Below, in pieces: positions 40,267 through 50,400 of a stretch of 64,000 nt of DNA. Numbering within the stretch: the first letter of the stretch is position 1; each line of letters starts with the position of its first letter. This DNA is from a virus. The position numbers and the translations under genes were made by a program. The stretch covers positions 5,329 through 69,328 of IMG/VR virus record IMGVR_UViG_3300013132_005788. One strand, written 5' to 3'. The notes beneath the pieces were generated by a model that saw nothing but the letters and a program-made list of their open reading frames with translations, did no database searches and had not been told where the DNA came from.

Positions 40267-41708
40267 TGCCATACGGAGAAATAAACTGGCCTAAAAATGC
40301 AAAGATTGGCGATGTTTATCAGGGACCAAATGGAAGATATTGGATCTTTGATGGGTGCGCCTGGACTGGAACTTGTTGTCCACCAATTTCGGAGTGTAAT
40401 AATATTTCAGAAGGAGTACTTTTAACTTTCGGGGTTATCAACCTTTTTGAAACTTCTATAGGTCCTTATGTAGAGGCGAATCTCACATATTTTGGAGATG
40501 ACTCCTATGGAAATCCTGTTTACCATCTAAAATCCTATTATGATGGACCCGACAAGGTTGAGTTTTTTTTCACGCTTCTTTTCAATCAAGATATTAACTC
40601 CTGGACTCTTTACCTTTCTGTGTCGGTCCTCGACGGGATCTCCGGGGGAGCTGAAATAGCATATCTTCCTGGTGTTGCCTCTGGTGAATCCATAGAGGGA
40701 AATTGGGAATTTACTAATCCGTACGGAAATGAACTATATTTCTCCATTTCATCTGCGTGTGGAGCAGACAATGGGATATGTGTGACCCAATTTAATGATG
40801 GATTCACATACACATACAATCTTTTTCCCTGGAAATCCGAGATAGACTCACCAATCGAAGGGTATTTAGCCCTACCGAATGTTTTTCTTCTTTGGGACTC
40901 GATAACGGAAGAATGGATATTTGTAGACCATAGTGGCAATAATTATTCTATTGCAGGAACATCTACCCAGCCACCGAGCGGACTATATCTAGAAACGCCT
41001 CTCGGGGATCTAACATTCAATTCTGGGTATTGCTCCTGTGATCCTATGGTTAGCGGGATTGGTCTGAATGTTTACGAGGAAGGACTAGATCTTGCATATT
41101 TAGTTGTGCTTTATTATGATGGAATGGATGTGAATGGTAATCCTGTTTTTAGATATGGCTATTCCGTGGGCGGAACTGAGGGATTACAATTTACGATCTC
41201 TTTCAACACCTCCACTTCCAAGTGGGAATTAATATTTTCAACTGGAGATTATGTTGGGGGATCCTTTGTTTCCTCAACTAATTCTTTGGTCTGTACTAAT
41301 GATTACTTTTATCTGGGAAATCAATGGGGAACTCCATCGATTCCGGAGTTTGGAACTGCAGTTTGGACCCATTGTGGACCTTTCGTGGAGCCTTTCTGTA
41401 TCACCGTGGCCACTAATGACGATATTCCTGAGGTTAGAACATGGCCTGTTTGGGGATTTATAACGGGGGGACAGTTTGTATATTTTATTCCATCTGATGA
41501 ACCCATAGGGTTTATATTCTGGAATGGGTCCAATTGGGAAGGAACTCTCCCGTATTATTCTGCATCCCCTCCGATAACAATAACATTCTCCGGGACACCT
41601 AATGAATATTTTAATCCGATTGGATCATGGACTAATGATGGAGGATTTTTATCAGTTGAAACCAGTGAGGGACCTTGTGAGTTCGCTGATAATCCACCAA
41701 TACCTTAA
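40266..41708 (+). CDS. Cys/Trp-rich putative fibre/decoration protein with two internal modules
   Basis: INWP...GRYW.FDGC.W...CCPP N-terminus; duplicated G.D..GNPV module. Confidence 0.55.
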   Translation: MPYGEINWPKNAKIGDVYQGPNGRYWIFDGCAWTGTCCPPISECNNISEGVLLTFGVINLFETSIGPYVEANLTYFGDDSYGNPVYHLKSYYDGPDKVEFFFTLLFNQDINSWTLYLSVSVLDGISGGAEIAYLPGVASGESIEGNWEFTNPYGNELYFSISSACGADNGICVTQFNDGFTYTYNLFPWKSEIDSPIEGYLALPNVFLLWDSITEEWIFVDHSGNNYSIAGTSTQPPSGLYLETPLGDLTFNSGYCSCDPMVSGIGLNVYEEGLDLAYLVVLYYDGMDVNGNPVFRYGYSVGGTEGLQFTISFNTSTSKWELIFSTGDYVGGSFVSSTNSLVCTNDYFYLGNQWGTPSIPEFGTAVWTHCGPFVEPFCITVATNDDIPEVRTWPVWGFITGGQFVYFIPSDEPIGFIFWNGSNWEGTLPYYSASPPITITFSGTPNEYFNPIGSWTNDGGFLSVETSEGPCEFADNPPIP

Positions 41709-41725
41709 TATCAATCTAAAAAACA

Positions 41726-42448
41726 GTGAACTACCTAGAAATAAATTGGCCAACTAACCCCTTAACCGGACAACCCTACACAAGCTCATTCGGCAGAACG
41801 TGGGTCTGGAACGGTTGTGGATGGGAAGCAACGTGTTGTCCCCCTGCATCATGCAAATATTATGATGGACTGGATGTCACATTTACCTTTTCTGGTGCTG
41901 GTGGAGTGTATTATAATCTAGCATTTAACTATTCTGGTGACGATGGAAACGGAAACCCAATCTTCGAGTTTGAAGCATCTAATGTTTTTTCTTTCACCAT
42001 AGAATACAACACATCGATATCTAAATGGGAGTTTCTTTTTGGCGGATCACCAGTAGCTTATTCTTCTGAGTTATATGGAAGTTATGGAACTGAATGGTTT
42101 GAGTATTCTCCATCCAATTTGGAATATCTGACCACTACCTGTGGGGCTACATTCCCAGTTCTTTGCATGGAAGTGGTTTCAGAAGTAAGTGTACCCCAGT
42201 TCAATCTCCTAACCGCGGGATATTCTCCCGGTGAGGTATCAGTATTTGTTCCTATAGAGGGGGATCCGATAATGTGGGATGGTTCCCAATGGAGTGGGGC
42301 CTTGGGATCATCGGGTAACGTTTTAATATCCATTTCCGGATCTGAAAGTATACCGCCAGTAGGATCTTGGAATATAGTGGATCTTAATTACCCTGAATCG
42401 GTCACATCGGTAACCACTACTCTTGGTCCATGTAATTTTGTTGGATGA
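41726..42448 (+). CDS. Paralog of the preceding protein with a single module (GTG start)
   Basis: INWP...GRTW.WNGC.W...CCPP; GDDGNGNPIF; ends GPC.F. Confidence 0.55.
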   Translation: MNYLEINWPTNPLTGQPYTSSFGRTWVWNGCGWEATCCPPASCKYYDGLDVTFTFSGAGGVYYNLAFNYSGDDGNGNPIFEFEASNVFSFTIEYNTSISKWEFLFGGSPVAYSSELYGSYGTEWFEYSPSNLEYLTTTCGATFPVLCMEVVSEVSVPQFNLLTAGYSPGEVSVFVPIEGDPIMWDGSQWSGALGSSGNVLISISGSESIPPVGSWNIVDLNYPESVTSVTTTLGPCNFVG

Positions 42449-42645
42449 TTATATTCAGATTCATAAAAGCTATTCTGAGATATGTATTTTTTGGTACGGA
42501 TCTTCCTGATCCTGAGATTAATTACAGACGGAGTATTTGTGGATCTTGTGAATATAATATAGATAGAAGGTGCTCTCAGTGTGGATGTTATATAAAATAC
42601 AAGACGAGAATGTCAACAGAATCTTGTCCTGAAAATAAATGGTAA
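42445..42645 (+). CDS. Small Cys-rich protein (DUF6171-like)
   Basis: R..IC..C.....C..CGC....K......CP..KW. Confidence 0.6.
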   Translation: MIIFRFIKAILRYVFFGTDLPDPEINYRRSICGSCEYNIDRRCSQCGCYIKYKTRMSTESCPENKW

Positions 42646-42647
42646 AT

Positions 42648-42821
42648 ATGGCTTGTGGATGTTCAGATGACAATAAAAATAAAACGGCCGGACAGGGTAT
42701 CCCAAAGGTATCAGAGACTGCTAAAAAAATAGCGGAAAGAATATCAGCTAAATCTGAGGTTATCCGTAGAATATGGAATAACTCCAAGCAGGAAAGCTAT
42801 ATTAATAGAGTTAGAAAATAA
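42648..42821 (+). CDS. Small protein with MACGC N-terminus
   Basis: ATG at 42648; CGC motif followed by a basic helix. Confidence 0.5.
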   Translation: MACGCSDDNKNKTAGQGIPKVSETAKKIAERISAKSEVIRRIWNNSKQESYINRVRK

Positions 42822-42827
42822 CTCAAG

Positions 42828-42854
42828 TAACAAAATTATCTCATCACTCTATAA
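42828..42854 (+). promoter_or_regulatory. Putative middle promoter TAAC-N18-TATAA
   Basis: Recurring motif, 8 nt before ATG 42863. Confidence 0.4.
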
Positions 42855-42862
42855 TATGATGA

Positions 42863-45613
42863 ATGAAAAGAGTGCACGTTCCCAATGTCTCCGGACACAG
42901 TCTTAATAAGATAAACCAGGATATTAAAAAATCTCTGGACCAACATTTCTCCTTCGTTGATGGATCACCTGCTGACATTTTGGTTCAGCACTATGTTTCT
43001 GGAATCGGTACCTCCAAGAAGTATAATAGAAAAATACTAATACAGCCCATAGACGGAACCCGGATTAACCAGGGAATGGTTAAAAGTATAAATCAATTTG
43101 ACCTCATATTAGCTCCTGCTGAAGCATCCAAGAAAATAATGGAGTCTTCCGGCGTGATTAAGCCGATTAGGATTATTTCCAACTATTATGACGATGATCT
43201 CTTGGATATAAAGAGCAATTTCTTCGATGTCAGATACAGCTCTAAAAAATATACATTCTATTCAGAAACCACTGGAATCAAGAGAAAGAATGTTGATAAT
43301 CTCCTCCGATATTTTTTAGATGAATTCTCAGGAAAGCCAGAAGCCGAAAAAGTCAGACTTGTCCTAAAACTTTCATCCGGCGATAAAACTAAGATGAGCA
43401 CTCTGGAAAAAATCAGGAATTCGTATCAGAATGCTCCAGAAGTCGATATTTATAATCAGTGGCTTGATGATGCTGATCTTAATTCATTGAGAAGGGGAAT
43501 GGATTGTTATGTTATGCTCTCCTATATGGAGGGATTTTGCATACCTCTGCTTAATGCCGCGGTTTTAAAGAAGGATATAATATGTCTTAATTCCACGATT
43601 AGTGGATATATGGATTTTATTAACAAAGGAAATTCAATCTTGGTTCCTGTTAAGAAAATCCCAATAGATCAAAAACACGAAAGTCTTTTGATCTATGATA
43701 AGACATCAACATGGGAGGAACCCATATATCCTGAATATCAGAGAGCCCTTAGAAAAGCCTATACTGGAGAGTATCAATTCGATAAAGTCGACGATTTTTC
43801 CGACTTCTCCAAACGATCCGTAATGGAGAAATATAGAGAAGAGATAGAAGGTAGAGACTCGTTGGGCTGCTGTATATCACAGGAATCCAGTAGAGATGCT
43901 TACTCTGCTGTGTGTAGGGATCTGGAAAGAATAGGTGTGGACGGATGCGATTTTTTTGAGTATTCCAAAATAATTAGATCTCATATAAAAAGGAGCGGAA
44001 TTCCAAGAAATTCTTTCGTCAATAATATTATACAAACTCATATTGATGTTTTAAAAACAAGGGAATCGTCCAAACTGGAATATTCTCTGATCTGCGATGA
44101 TGATGTGATAGTGATCAGGGATGACGAGAAAATTCTTGACATTGTGAGAAAAGCTCCTGAGGATTGGGACATTATATTTCTAGGAGGTATGAATCATTAT
44201 CATCCTCCTTTTATTATCGATGATGATTTTTACAGGTGCAGATTTTCATTTAATCCACATTGTTATCTGATTAAGACATCCTTTATTCCAGTTGTTTTGT
44301 CGGAGCTAGAAAAAAGAGAAGCTGAATGTGATGTGATATTTGCCAAAATGCAAGAATCTGGAATTGGAAACTGGTATGGATTAAAAAGAGATATGATCAT
44401 TCCATCCGGCAGGAATGGAACCAAATATATTAGTCTCTTTCCGCCCGCATATGCACAGGTTAAAAATTTGGAAAGAAAAAGAACCGGGGATTTAAGGATC
44501 TCCAGAATATCTTCAGATTCCTCTATAAAAGGAATAAAATATGTTGCGGTCAGAGGAAGTTCCGGATATGCAAATTGTGCAAAGGATTATATTATTGGAA
44601 TAAGCGATTCCGGGATTCCAGTTACACCGCATCTTCTTAAGCATAATGATTCTTCCTACCTTACTGGCGATAAAAATTCCAGAGTTAACTCACTAAAAGA
44701 CGACGGAATGGATTACGACGCCTTAATTATTCATCTTTTGCCGGATCTCTGGAAGAACGAGGTGGATACTCATGGCGCAAATGTTCGCGATAAGATAGGA
44801 TATTTTGCATGGGAAGCGGATAAAATTCCTGATGAGTGGTCCGAAGGATTTGATGTGGTTGATAAAATAGCTGTTCCGTGTGAATGGAACAGAAAGGTAC
44901 TAATAGATTCAGGAGTCACAAAACCTATTTGTGTTATACCCCATATTTACGATGAAATCGTTCCCAAATCATTTGGTATACCAGGATACAATGGCGAATT
45001 TGTGTTTTATACCATAGGACAATTTCTGGAAAGAAAGGGCATAGAGGACTCGGTTCGTTCGTATTTGGGAGCATTCACATCAGAGGATAATGTTTGTCTT
45101 ATAGTTAAAACGGAAGGTAGGGAATATAATAAATCAGATAGAGAAATAGTGAGAAAAGAGATAGAAAAAATCATAAGTGAATTTCCAAATCCCGCCAAAG
45201 TTATTACTATCGTGGATGAAATTTCAGACGGTAACATTGCATATCTGCACTCAATTGGGGATTGTTTTATTTCCCTTTTTAAAGCGGAAGGATGGGGATT
45301 ATCTCTGTTTGATGCCACGATAAAAGGAACACCGGTCATTTGTACTGGATATGGTGGATCGCTTGATTTCACCTGTGGCCCTTATGTTAATTATGAGATT
45401 GGTCCAATAACAGATCACTATAAGTGGTTCAACGAATCACAGAAATGGGCTTATCCGGACATTTCCCGTGGATCTCTTATCATGAGAGATGTCTACGAAA
45501 ATATAGACTCATATAAAAAAATAGCTGAAGATCACTCTGCGATAGTTAAAGAGAAATTTTCCACTAAAAAAATCATAGAAAAATTTATAGGGTTCATAAA
45601 AGAAAAACCATAA
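42863..45613 (+). CDS. Three-domain glycosyltransferase (GT4-like, GT25-like, GT4-like)
   Basis: RKN...EGFCIPLL; ICDDD...WDIIFLGG...HCYLI; RKG...EGWGLSLFDA. Confidence 0.8.
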   Translation: MKRVHVPNVSGHSLNKINQDIKKSLDQHFSFVDGSPADILVQHYVSGIGTSKKYNRKILIQPIDGTRINQGMVKSINQFDLILAPAEASKKIMESSGVIKPIRIISNYYDDDLLDIKSNFFDVRYSSKKYTFYSETTGIKRKNVDNLLRYFLDEFSGKPEAEKVRLVLKLSSGDKTKMSTLEKIRNSYQNAPEVDIYNQWLDDADLNSLRRGMDCYVMLSYMEGFCIPLLNAAVLKKDIICLNSTISGYMDFINKGNSILVPVKKIPIDQKHESLLIYDKTSTWEEPIYPEYQRALRKAYTGEYQFDKVDDFSDFSKRSVMEKYREEIEGRDSLGCCISQESSRDAYSAVCRDLERIGVDGCDFFEYSKIIRSHIKRSGIPRNSFVNNIIQTHIDVLKTRESSKLEYSLICDDDVIVIRDDEKILDIVRKAPEDWDIIFLGGMNHYHPPFIIDDDFYRCRFSFNPHCYLIKTSFIPVVLSELEKREAECDVIFAKMQESGIGNWYGLKRDMIIPSGRNGTKYISLFPPAYAQVKNLERKRTGDLRISRISSDSSIKGIKYVAVRGSSGYANCAKDYIIGISDSGIPVTPHLLKHNDSSYLTGDKNSRVNSLKDDGMDYDALIIHLLPDLWKNEVDTHGANVRDKIGYFAWEADKIPDEWSEGFDVVDKIAVPCEWNRKVLIDSGVTKPICVIPHIYDEIVPKSFGIPGYNGEFVFYTIGQFLERKGIEDSVRSYLGAFTSEDNVCLIVKTEGREYNKSDREIVRKEIEKIISEFPNPAKVITIVDEISDGNIAYLHSIGDCFISLFKAEGWGLSLFDATIKGTPVICTGYGGSLDFTCGPYVNYEIGPITDHYKWFNESQKWAYPDISRGSLIMRDVYENIDSYKKIAEDHSAIVKEKFSTKKIIEKFIGFIKEKP

Positions 45614-45742
45614 ACCATTCAAATACAATTGAATTTATGAGGAAATTGACGACCTTATTTTTTACCGATTTCTTGTGTGGATGGTATATAAAAACAGAAT
45701 GAAGGAAATACTGGATTTAGTGACTCAAATATTTTTTCTTAT

Positions 45743-45767
45743 ACCTGGGAATTCCTCAGGTTTTTTT
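45743..45767 (+). terminator. Terminator-like hairpin in the nrdA leader
   Basis: ACCTGGG-AATT-CCTCAGGT followed by a T-tract. Confidence 0.55.
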
Positions 45768-45832
45768 ATCTAGAACATATTGAAAAAGATACCATACACC
45801 CGCAGTATTTCTGTGCTTAAAAAAACTATAAA

Positions 45833-48208
45833 ATGGAAGTAATTAAAAGAGACGGATCAAAAGAAAAAGTGAAATTGGACAAGATCTTAAATCGTATTAA
45901 AAAACAATGCTATGGACTCAATATGGACTATATAGAGCCAATGGAGATAGCAAAAAAAGTTATCAATGGACTTTATGATGGAATAAGCTCAGTTGAGTTG
46001 GATGTTTTGGCCGCAGAGACTGCGGCTTCACTTACACCCACCCACCCGGATTATTCTCTGCTCGCTGCAAGAATTTGTGTGACATCACTTCACAAGAAAA
46101 CACCCAAGCTTTTTTCACAGGTTATAGAATCACTTTATCATTATGTTGATCCTAAGACGGGACTTAAAGCACCTCTAATTTCTGAAGATGTTTACGAGAT
46201 AGTGAAAAATAACTCCAAGGAAATAGATTCAACTATTATTTATGACAGAGATTTAGATTATGATTATTTCGGATTTAAGACCCTGGAAAAGTCATATCTT
46301 CTTAAACTTAACGGTCAAGTCGCCGAGAGACCTCAGCATATGATAATGAGGGTTGCCATTGGAATTCATAAGAATGATCTCGAAAGTGCATTTAAAACTT
46401 ATGATCTGATGAGCCAGGGATTCTTTACACATGCCACACCGACCCTCTTTAATGCGGGAACACCCAGACCTCAATTGTCTTCGTGCTTTCTCTTAACTAT
46501 GTCGGACGATTCTATTCAGGGAATTTATAAGACATTATCAGATGTGGCCCAGATCTCTAAAAATGCTGGTGGAATAGGATTATCTGTTCATAATATCAGA
46601 GCAACCGGATCATATATCAAGGGGACCAATGGAACATCAAATGGTTTGATCCCGATGTTAAAGGTGTTCAATGAAACGGCTAGATATGTTGATCAAGGAG
46701 GCGGAAGAAGAAAGGGATCATTTGCGATCTACCTTGAACCATGGCACTTTGATGTTGAAGATTTTCTGAATCTCAGAAAGAATCACGGAAAAGAAGAAAT
46801 GAGAGCTAGAGATCTTTTCTTGGCTCTTTGGGTCCCAGATCTTTTTATGGAAAGAGTTAGTGACAATGGAGAATGGACTTTATTTTCCCCTGATGAAGCA
46901 CCAGGTCTTGCTGATGTGTACGGAACAGAATTCACTACTCTCTATGAAAAATATGAATCAGAAGGGAAGGGGAGGAAAAAAATCAAAGCACAGGATTTAT
47001 GGTACAGAATCATAGAGGCTCAAATAGAAACTGGGGTTCCGTATATGCTTTATAAAGACGCAGCAAATTCAAAGTCAAATCAGAAAAATCTTGGAACGAT
47101 TAAATCATCTAATCTCTGCACAGAAATTATAGAATACAGCTCGCCTGATGAAAGTGCAGTTTGTAATTTAGCATCCATTGCTCTTCCAAAATTTGTTGTT
47201 AATAGAGGAAGAAAAGCCTATTTTGATTTTGATGCTCTTAAGGAAATAGCTTACACAGCCACAGTGAATTTGAATAGGGTCATAGATGTTAATTACTATC
47301 CAACTCTTGAGACGAAAAATTCTAATATGAGACACCGTCCGATAGGTCTGGGCGTTCAGGGACTGGCCGACACTTTTGCGATTCTAAGAATGCCATTCGA
47401 TTCACAGGCAGCTAAGGATCTAGATCGGGAAATATTTGAATCCATTTACTATGGGGCTATGGAAGCTTCAGTTGATCTGGCTGAAAAAGAGGGACACTAC
47501 GAGTCTTTTAAAGGATCTCCTCTTTCCGAAGGTAAATTCCAGTTTGATCTTTGGGATGTTAAGCCATCTGACCGATGGAATTGGGAACTTCTGAGAAAGA
47601 GAGTGATCAAATCAGGAGCTAGAAATTCTCTGTTGCTTGCTCCAATGCCTACTGCTTCTACTTCCCAAATTATGGGAAACAATGAGGCTTTTGAAGCCTT
47701 CACCTCTAACATATACGTGAGAAAAACCCTCTCTGGAGAATTTCCGGTTGTCAATAAACATCTAGTGAGAGATCTTGACAGAATAGGTATCTGGGACGAC
47801 AATATGAGGAACCAAATCATCTTAAATAACGGCTCTGTACAAGCCATACCGGAGATTCCGAATGATATCAAAGAAATCTATAAGACAGCATGGGAAATGA
47901 GCCAGAAAGTGATTATAGACCATGCTGTGGAGAGAGCACCATTCATATGTCAGAGCCAAAGTATGAATCTCTTCTTCAGCGATGCCAATTTTGCAAAGCT
48001 ATCTTCTGCCCACTTTTATGCTTGGGGAAAAGGACTAAAGACCGGATCATATTATATTAGGACCAAGGCGGCCGCCACTGCGATTAAGGGATTGGGCATA
48101 GACCTGAGCGAATCTAAGCCAGTAGAGATTAAGACGACCGATGAAAATCTACAGGATCTTGCTTGTAGTTTAGATAATCCCGAGGCATGTGAGGCATGCG
48201 GATCTTAA
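45833..48208 (+). CDS. nrdA: Ribonucleotide reductase class Ia alpha subunit with ATP cone
   Basis: VIKRDG cone, [29 protein letters not shown]-terminal CEACGS. Confidence 0.97.
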   Translation: MEVIKRDGSKEKVKLDKILNRIKKQCYGLNMDYIEPMEIAKKVINGLYDGISSVELDVLAAETAASLTPTHPDYSLLAARICVTSLHKKTPKLFSQVIESLYHYVDPKTGLKAPLISEDVYEIVKNNSKEIDSTIIYDRDLDYDYFGFKTLEKSYLLKLNGQVAERPQHMIMRVAIGIHKNDLESAFKTYDLMSQGFFTHATPTLFNAGTPRPQLSSCFLLTMSDDSIQGIYKTLSDVAQISKNAGGIGLSVHNIRATGSYIKGTNGTSNGLIPMLKVFNETARYVDQGGGRRKGSFAIYLEPWHFDVEDFLNLRKNHGKEEMRARDLFLALWVPDLFMERVSDNGEWTLFSPDEAPGLADVYGTEFTTLYEKYESEGKGRKKIKAQDLWYRIIEAQIETGVPYMLYKDAANSKSNQKNLGTIKSSNLCTEIIEYSSPDESAVCNLASIALPKFVVNRGRKAYFDFDALKEIAYTATVNLNRVIDVNYYPTLETKNSNMRHRPIGLGVQGLADTFAILRMPFDSQAAKDLDREIFESIYYGAMEASVDLAEKEGHYESFKGSPLSEGKFQFDLWDVKPSDRWNWELLRKRVIKSGARNSLLLAPMPTASTSQIMGNNEAFEAFTSNIYVRKTLSGEFPVVNKHLVRDLDRIGIWDDNMRNQIILNNGSVQAIPEIPNDIKEIYKTAWEMSQKVIIDHAVERAPFICQSQSMNLFFSDANFAKLSSAHFYAWGKGLKTGSYYIRTKAAATAIKGLGIDLSESKPVEIKTTDENLQDLACSLDNPEACEACGS

Positions 48209-48254
48209 GAGAAATCATTTTAAATTTCATTCTATAAATAATAAACTAGAGAAA

Positions 48255-49508
48255 ATGTCAGAAGAAAAAAACAGAAAAACTATTTGTTTGACGATGATCG
48301 TCAAAAACGAGTCTAAAACTATCCAAAGATGTGTTGAGTCTGTGGAAAAATTCATAGACTATTGGGTGATAGTTGACACCGGATCCACCGATGGAACTCA
48401 GGAGATTATTACTAATCTAATGAAAGAAAAAGGAATTCTAGGAGAATTACATGAGAGATCATGGGTGGATTATTCAACAAACAGAAATCAAAGTCTGGAA
48501 TTATCCGAGGGAAAAGCTGATTATAGACTAATAATCGATGCGGATGATGTTCTTGCAACTAAGGATGATAGTGTTTTTGACAATCTGGATAAGGATTCCT
48601 ATAAGGTCATGATCCGATTGGGAAATCTTTCTTATTACAGAACCCAACTCGTCAGAGGGGATCAGGATTGGAAATATAAGGGCGTTATACACGAATACAT
48701 AACAGGTCCAGAAGGGAACACAGACGAGTTTTTGAATGGAGTTGAGATGCACGCATCTGTTTCGGGAGACACCAGGGAAATCAAAGGCAAGGATAAGTAT
48801 TATAATGATGCTTTAGTTATTGAAAAAACTCTGCTAACAGACCCAAGTCTAGAACAAGACGAGGACCTAAAGAGAAGATACGTGTTTTATCTCGCCCAAA
48901 GTTATAGAGATGGGGGAGTATACGATAGAGCACTGGAGAATTATGAAAAAAGAGCATCCATGGGAGGATGGGAAGAAGAAGTTTACATCTCCATGTATTG
49001 GATCGCTAATCTGAAGAAGATTCTAGGAAAAGCCAAAGAAGAGATTATAGATTCATATATGAGAGCCTGGGAGTATAGACCATTCAGACTTGAGGCAATG
49101 TATAGCCTTGTCAGATTCCTAATAGAGGAGAAAAGATACAATTTTGCCTTTGCACTAACAACTGTGGCAATGAGATCTCCTGCATGTAATGATGTGTTAT
49201 TTGTGGAAGAGGAAATCTGGAGATGGAGAATGCCCGATGAGTATTCTGTTTTGTGCTATTACACTGGCAATTTTAAAGAGGCATACAATAGCGCTAAAAA
49301 ATTATCAGAGAATAAATTCTATCAGATTATTCCGGATGCCGAGAAGGAAAGAATACAGAAGAATCTTCAAGCCTTTCATGAAGCAGCTTTCCCAGAGGAA
49401 TATCAAAACAAGCAGTCTGAAAGTATAGCAGAGAATTCCCTTTTGTCTCAAGAAGAAGCATTGGAGTTAAAAGCAGAAAACGAGCTGACCGGATATGAAA
49501 ACGGTTAA
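48255..49508 (+). CDS. GT2 glycosyltransferase with TPR repeats
   Basis: ICLTMIVKNE, VDTGSTDGT, IDADD, GVIHE, YLAQSYRD TPR; start at ATG 48255. Confidence 0.85.
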   Translation: MSEEKNRKTICLTMIVKNESKTIQRCVESVEKFIDYWVIVDTGSTDGTQEIITNLMKEKGILGELHERSWVDYSTNRNQSLELSEGKADYRLIIDADDVLATKDDSVFDNLDKDSYKVMIRLGNLSYYRTQLVRGDQDWKYKGVIHEYITGPEGNTDEFLNGVEMHASVSGDTREIKGKDKYYNDALVIEKTLLTDPSLEQDEDLKRRYVFYLAQSYRDGGVYDRALENYEKRASMGGWEEEVYISMYWIANLKKILGKAKEEIIDSYMRAWEYRPFRLEAMYSLVRFLIEEKRYNFAFALTTVAMRSPACNDVLFVEEEIWRWRMPDEYSVLCYYTGNFKEAYNSAKKLSENKFYQIIPDAEKERIQKNLQAFHEAAFPEEYQNKQSESIAENSLLSQEEALELKAENELTGYENG

Positions 49509-49514
49509 GAAGAA

Positions 49515-49522
49515 GATATATA
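49515..49522 (+). promoter_or_regulatory. Putative late promoter GATATATA
   Basis: Exact octamer, intergenic. Confidence 0.65.
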
Positions 49523-49544
49523 GGAGTAAATAACTACTATAAAA

Positions 49545-49973
49545 ATGGTTTTAAGATTCACACAATTTGCGGAAAGAATAAACGAGGGAGCTATCCCAAT
49601 TTACAGAGGAACATCCCTTCAGCCAGAAAGAAACATTAAAGGAACTTCTATTATGAGCGAATTAAAGGCCGCTTTGGAACAAATAAAAATGGGACAAATA
49701 TCTGAAGTTTCCGTTGTTGCAGGAATACCTACTCAAGGAAAAAGAGCACCGGAGTATTTAAAAGATGTGTTTGCTGCAGCAGGAGTAAATTCTCCGGAGG
49801 ATATGTACGATGCTAGGGGACAAGAGAGAAATATATTTGTAGATTCTGAATTTATCGTGAAAGGCTTAAATCCAGAGAAGGGAACTATAATCGGAACCCC
49901 ATATTCTCTTAGAAGAAAGGGAATAGAGATCGAGATAGATCCAATGGATGTACAGGAAATATTCTATAAGTAA
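49545..49973 (+). CDS. Hypothetical protein with capsid-targeting-like leader
   Basis: MVLRFTQFAERINE. Confidence 0.55.
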   Translation: MVLRFTQFAERINEGAIPIYRGTSLQPERNIKGTSIMSELKAALEQIKMGQISEVSVVAGIPTQGKRAPEYLKDVFAAAGVNSPEDMYDARGQERNIFVDSEFIVKGLNPEKGTIIGTPYSLRRKGIEIEIDPMDVQEIFYK

Positions 49974-50351
49974 TTGGAAAACAATATTAAACATAAATCC
50001 TCCAATTTTATTCTTTGTAAATTGGGGGATTTTTTATTTACTCTGGAAGTTTGTAGAGACCATGAGAAGGGCCTTATGGGTAGAAACAATGTTCCACCCA
50101 AGGGAGGTATGATATTTTTCTATGATGAACCATCTCAAAGGGATTTTCATATGAAGAATTGTTTAATCGACTTAGATATAATATTTTGTAAGGATGGAAA
50201 AATACAAAAGATATTTCATGAATGTCCTCCTTGCTCGGATAGAGAATGCGACACCTATTCTCATCATGATTCAGACTGTATTATAGAGCTTCCCGGAGGC
50301 TCCTGCGAAAGATATAATCTTAGCGAGGGATTAATATACAGATTTTTTTAG
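49974..50351 (+). CDS. DUF192 family protein
   Basis: GLMGR...GMIF...FHMKNCLIDLDIIF...IELPGG. Confidence 0.8.
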   Translation: MENNIKHKSSNFILCKLGDFLFTLEVCRDHEKGLMGRNNVPPKGGMIFFYDEPSQRDFHMKNCLIDLDIIFCKDGKIQKIFHECPPCSDRECDTYSHHDSDCIIELPGGSCERYNLSEGLIYRFF

Positions 50352-50352
50352 A

Positions 50353-50378
50353 AAACCTTTTTGAATTAACAGCTATAA
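50353..50378 (+). promoter_or_regulatory. Putative middle promoter AAAC-N17-TATAA
   Basis: Recurring motif upstream of the topoisomerase subunit. Confidence 0.5.
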
Positions 50379-50400
50379 AAGCTGTCTAACTAGAATTATC

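Noticed and set aside
48233-48240. Canonical T4 late promoter TATAAATA before the GT2-TPR gene
   Set aside because: Isolated AT-rich match that could equally be the -10 part of the middle-type motif; GATATATA is the recurring late-type signal here
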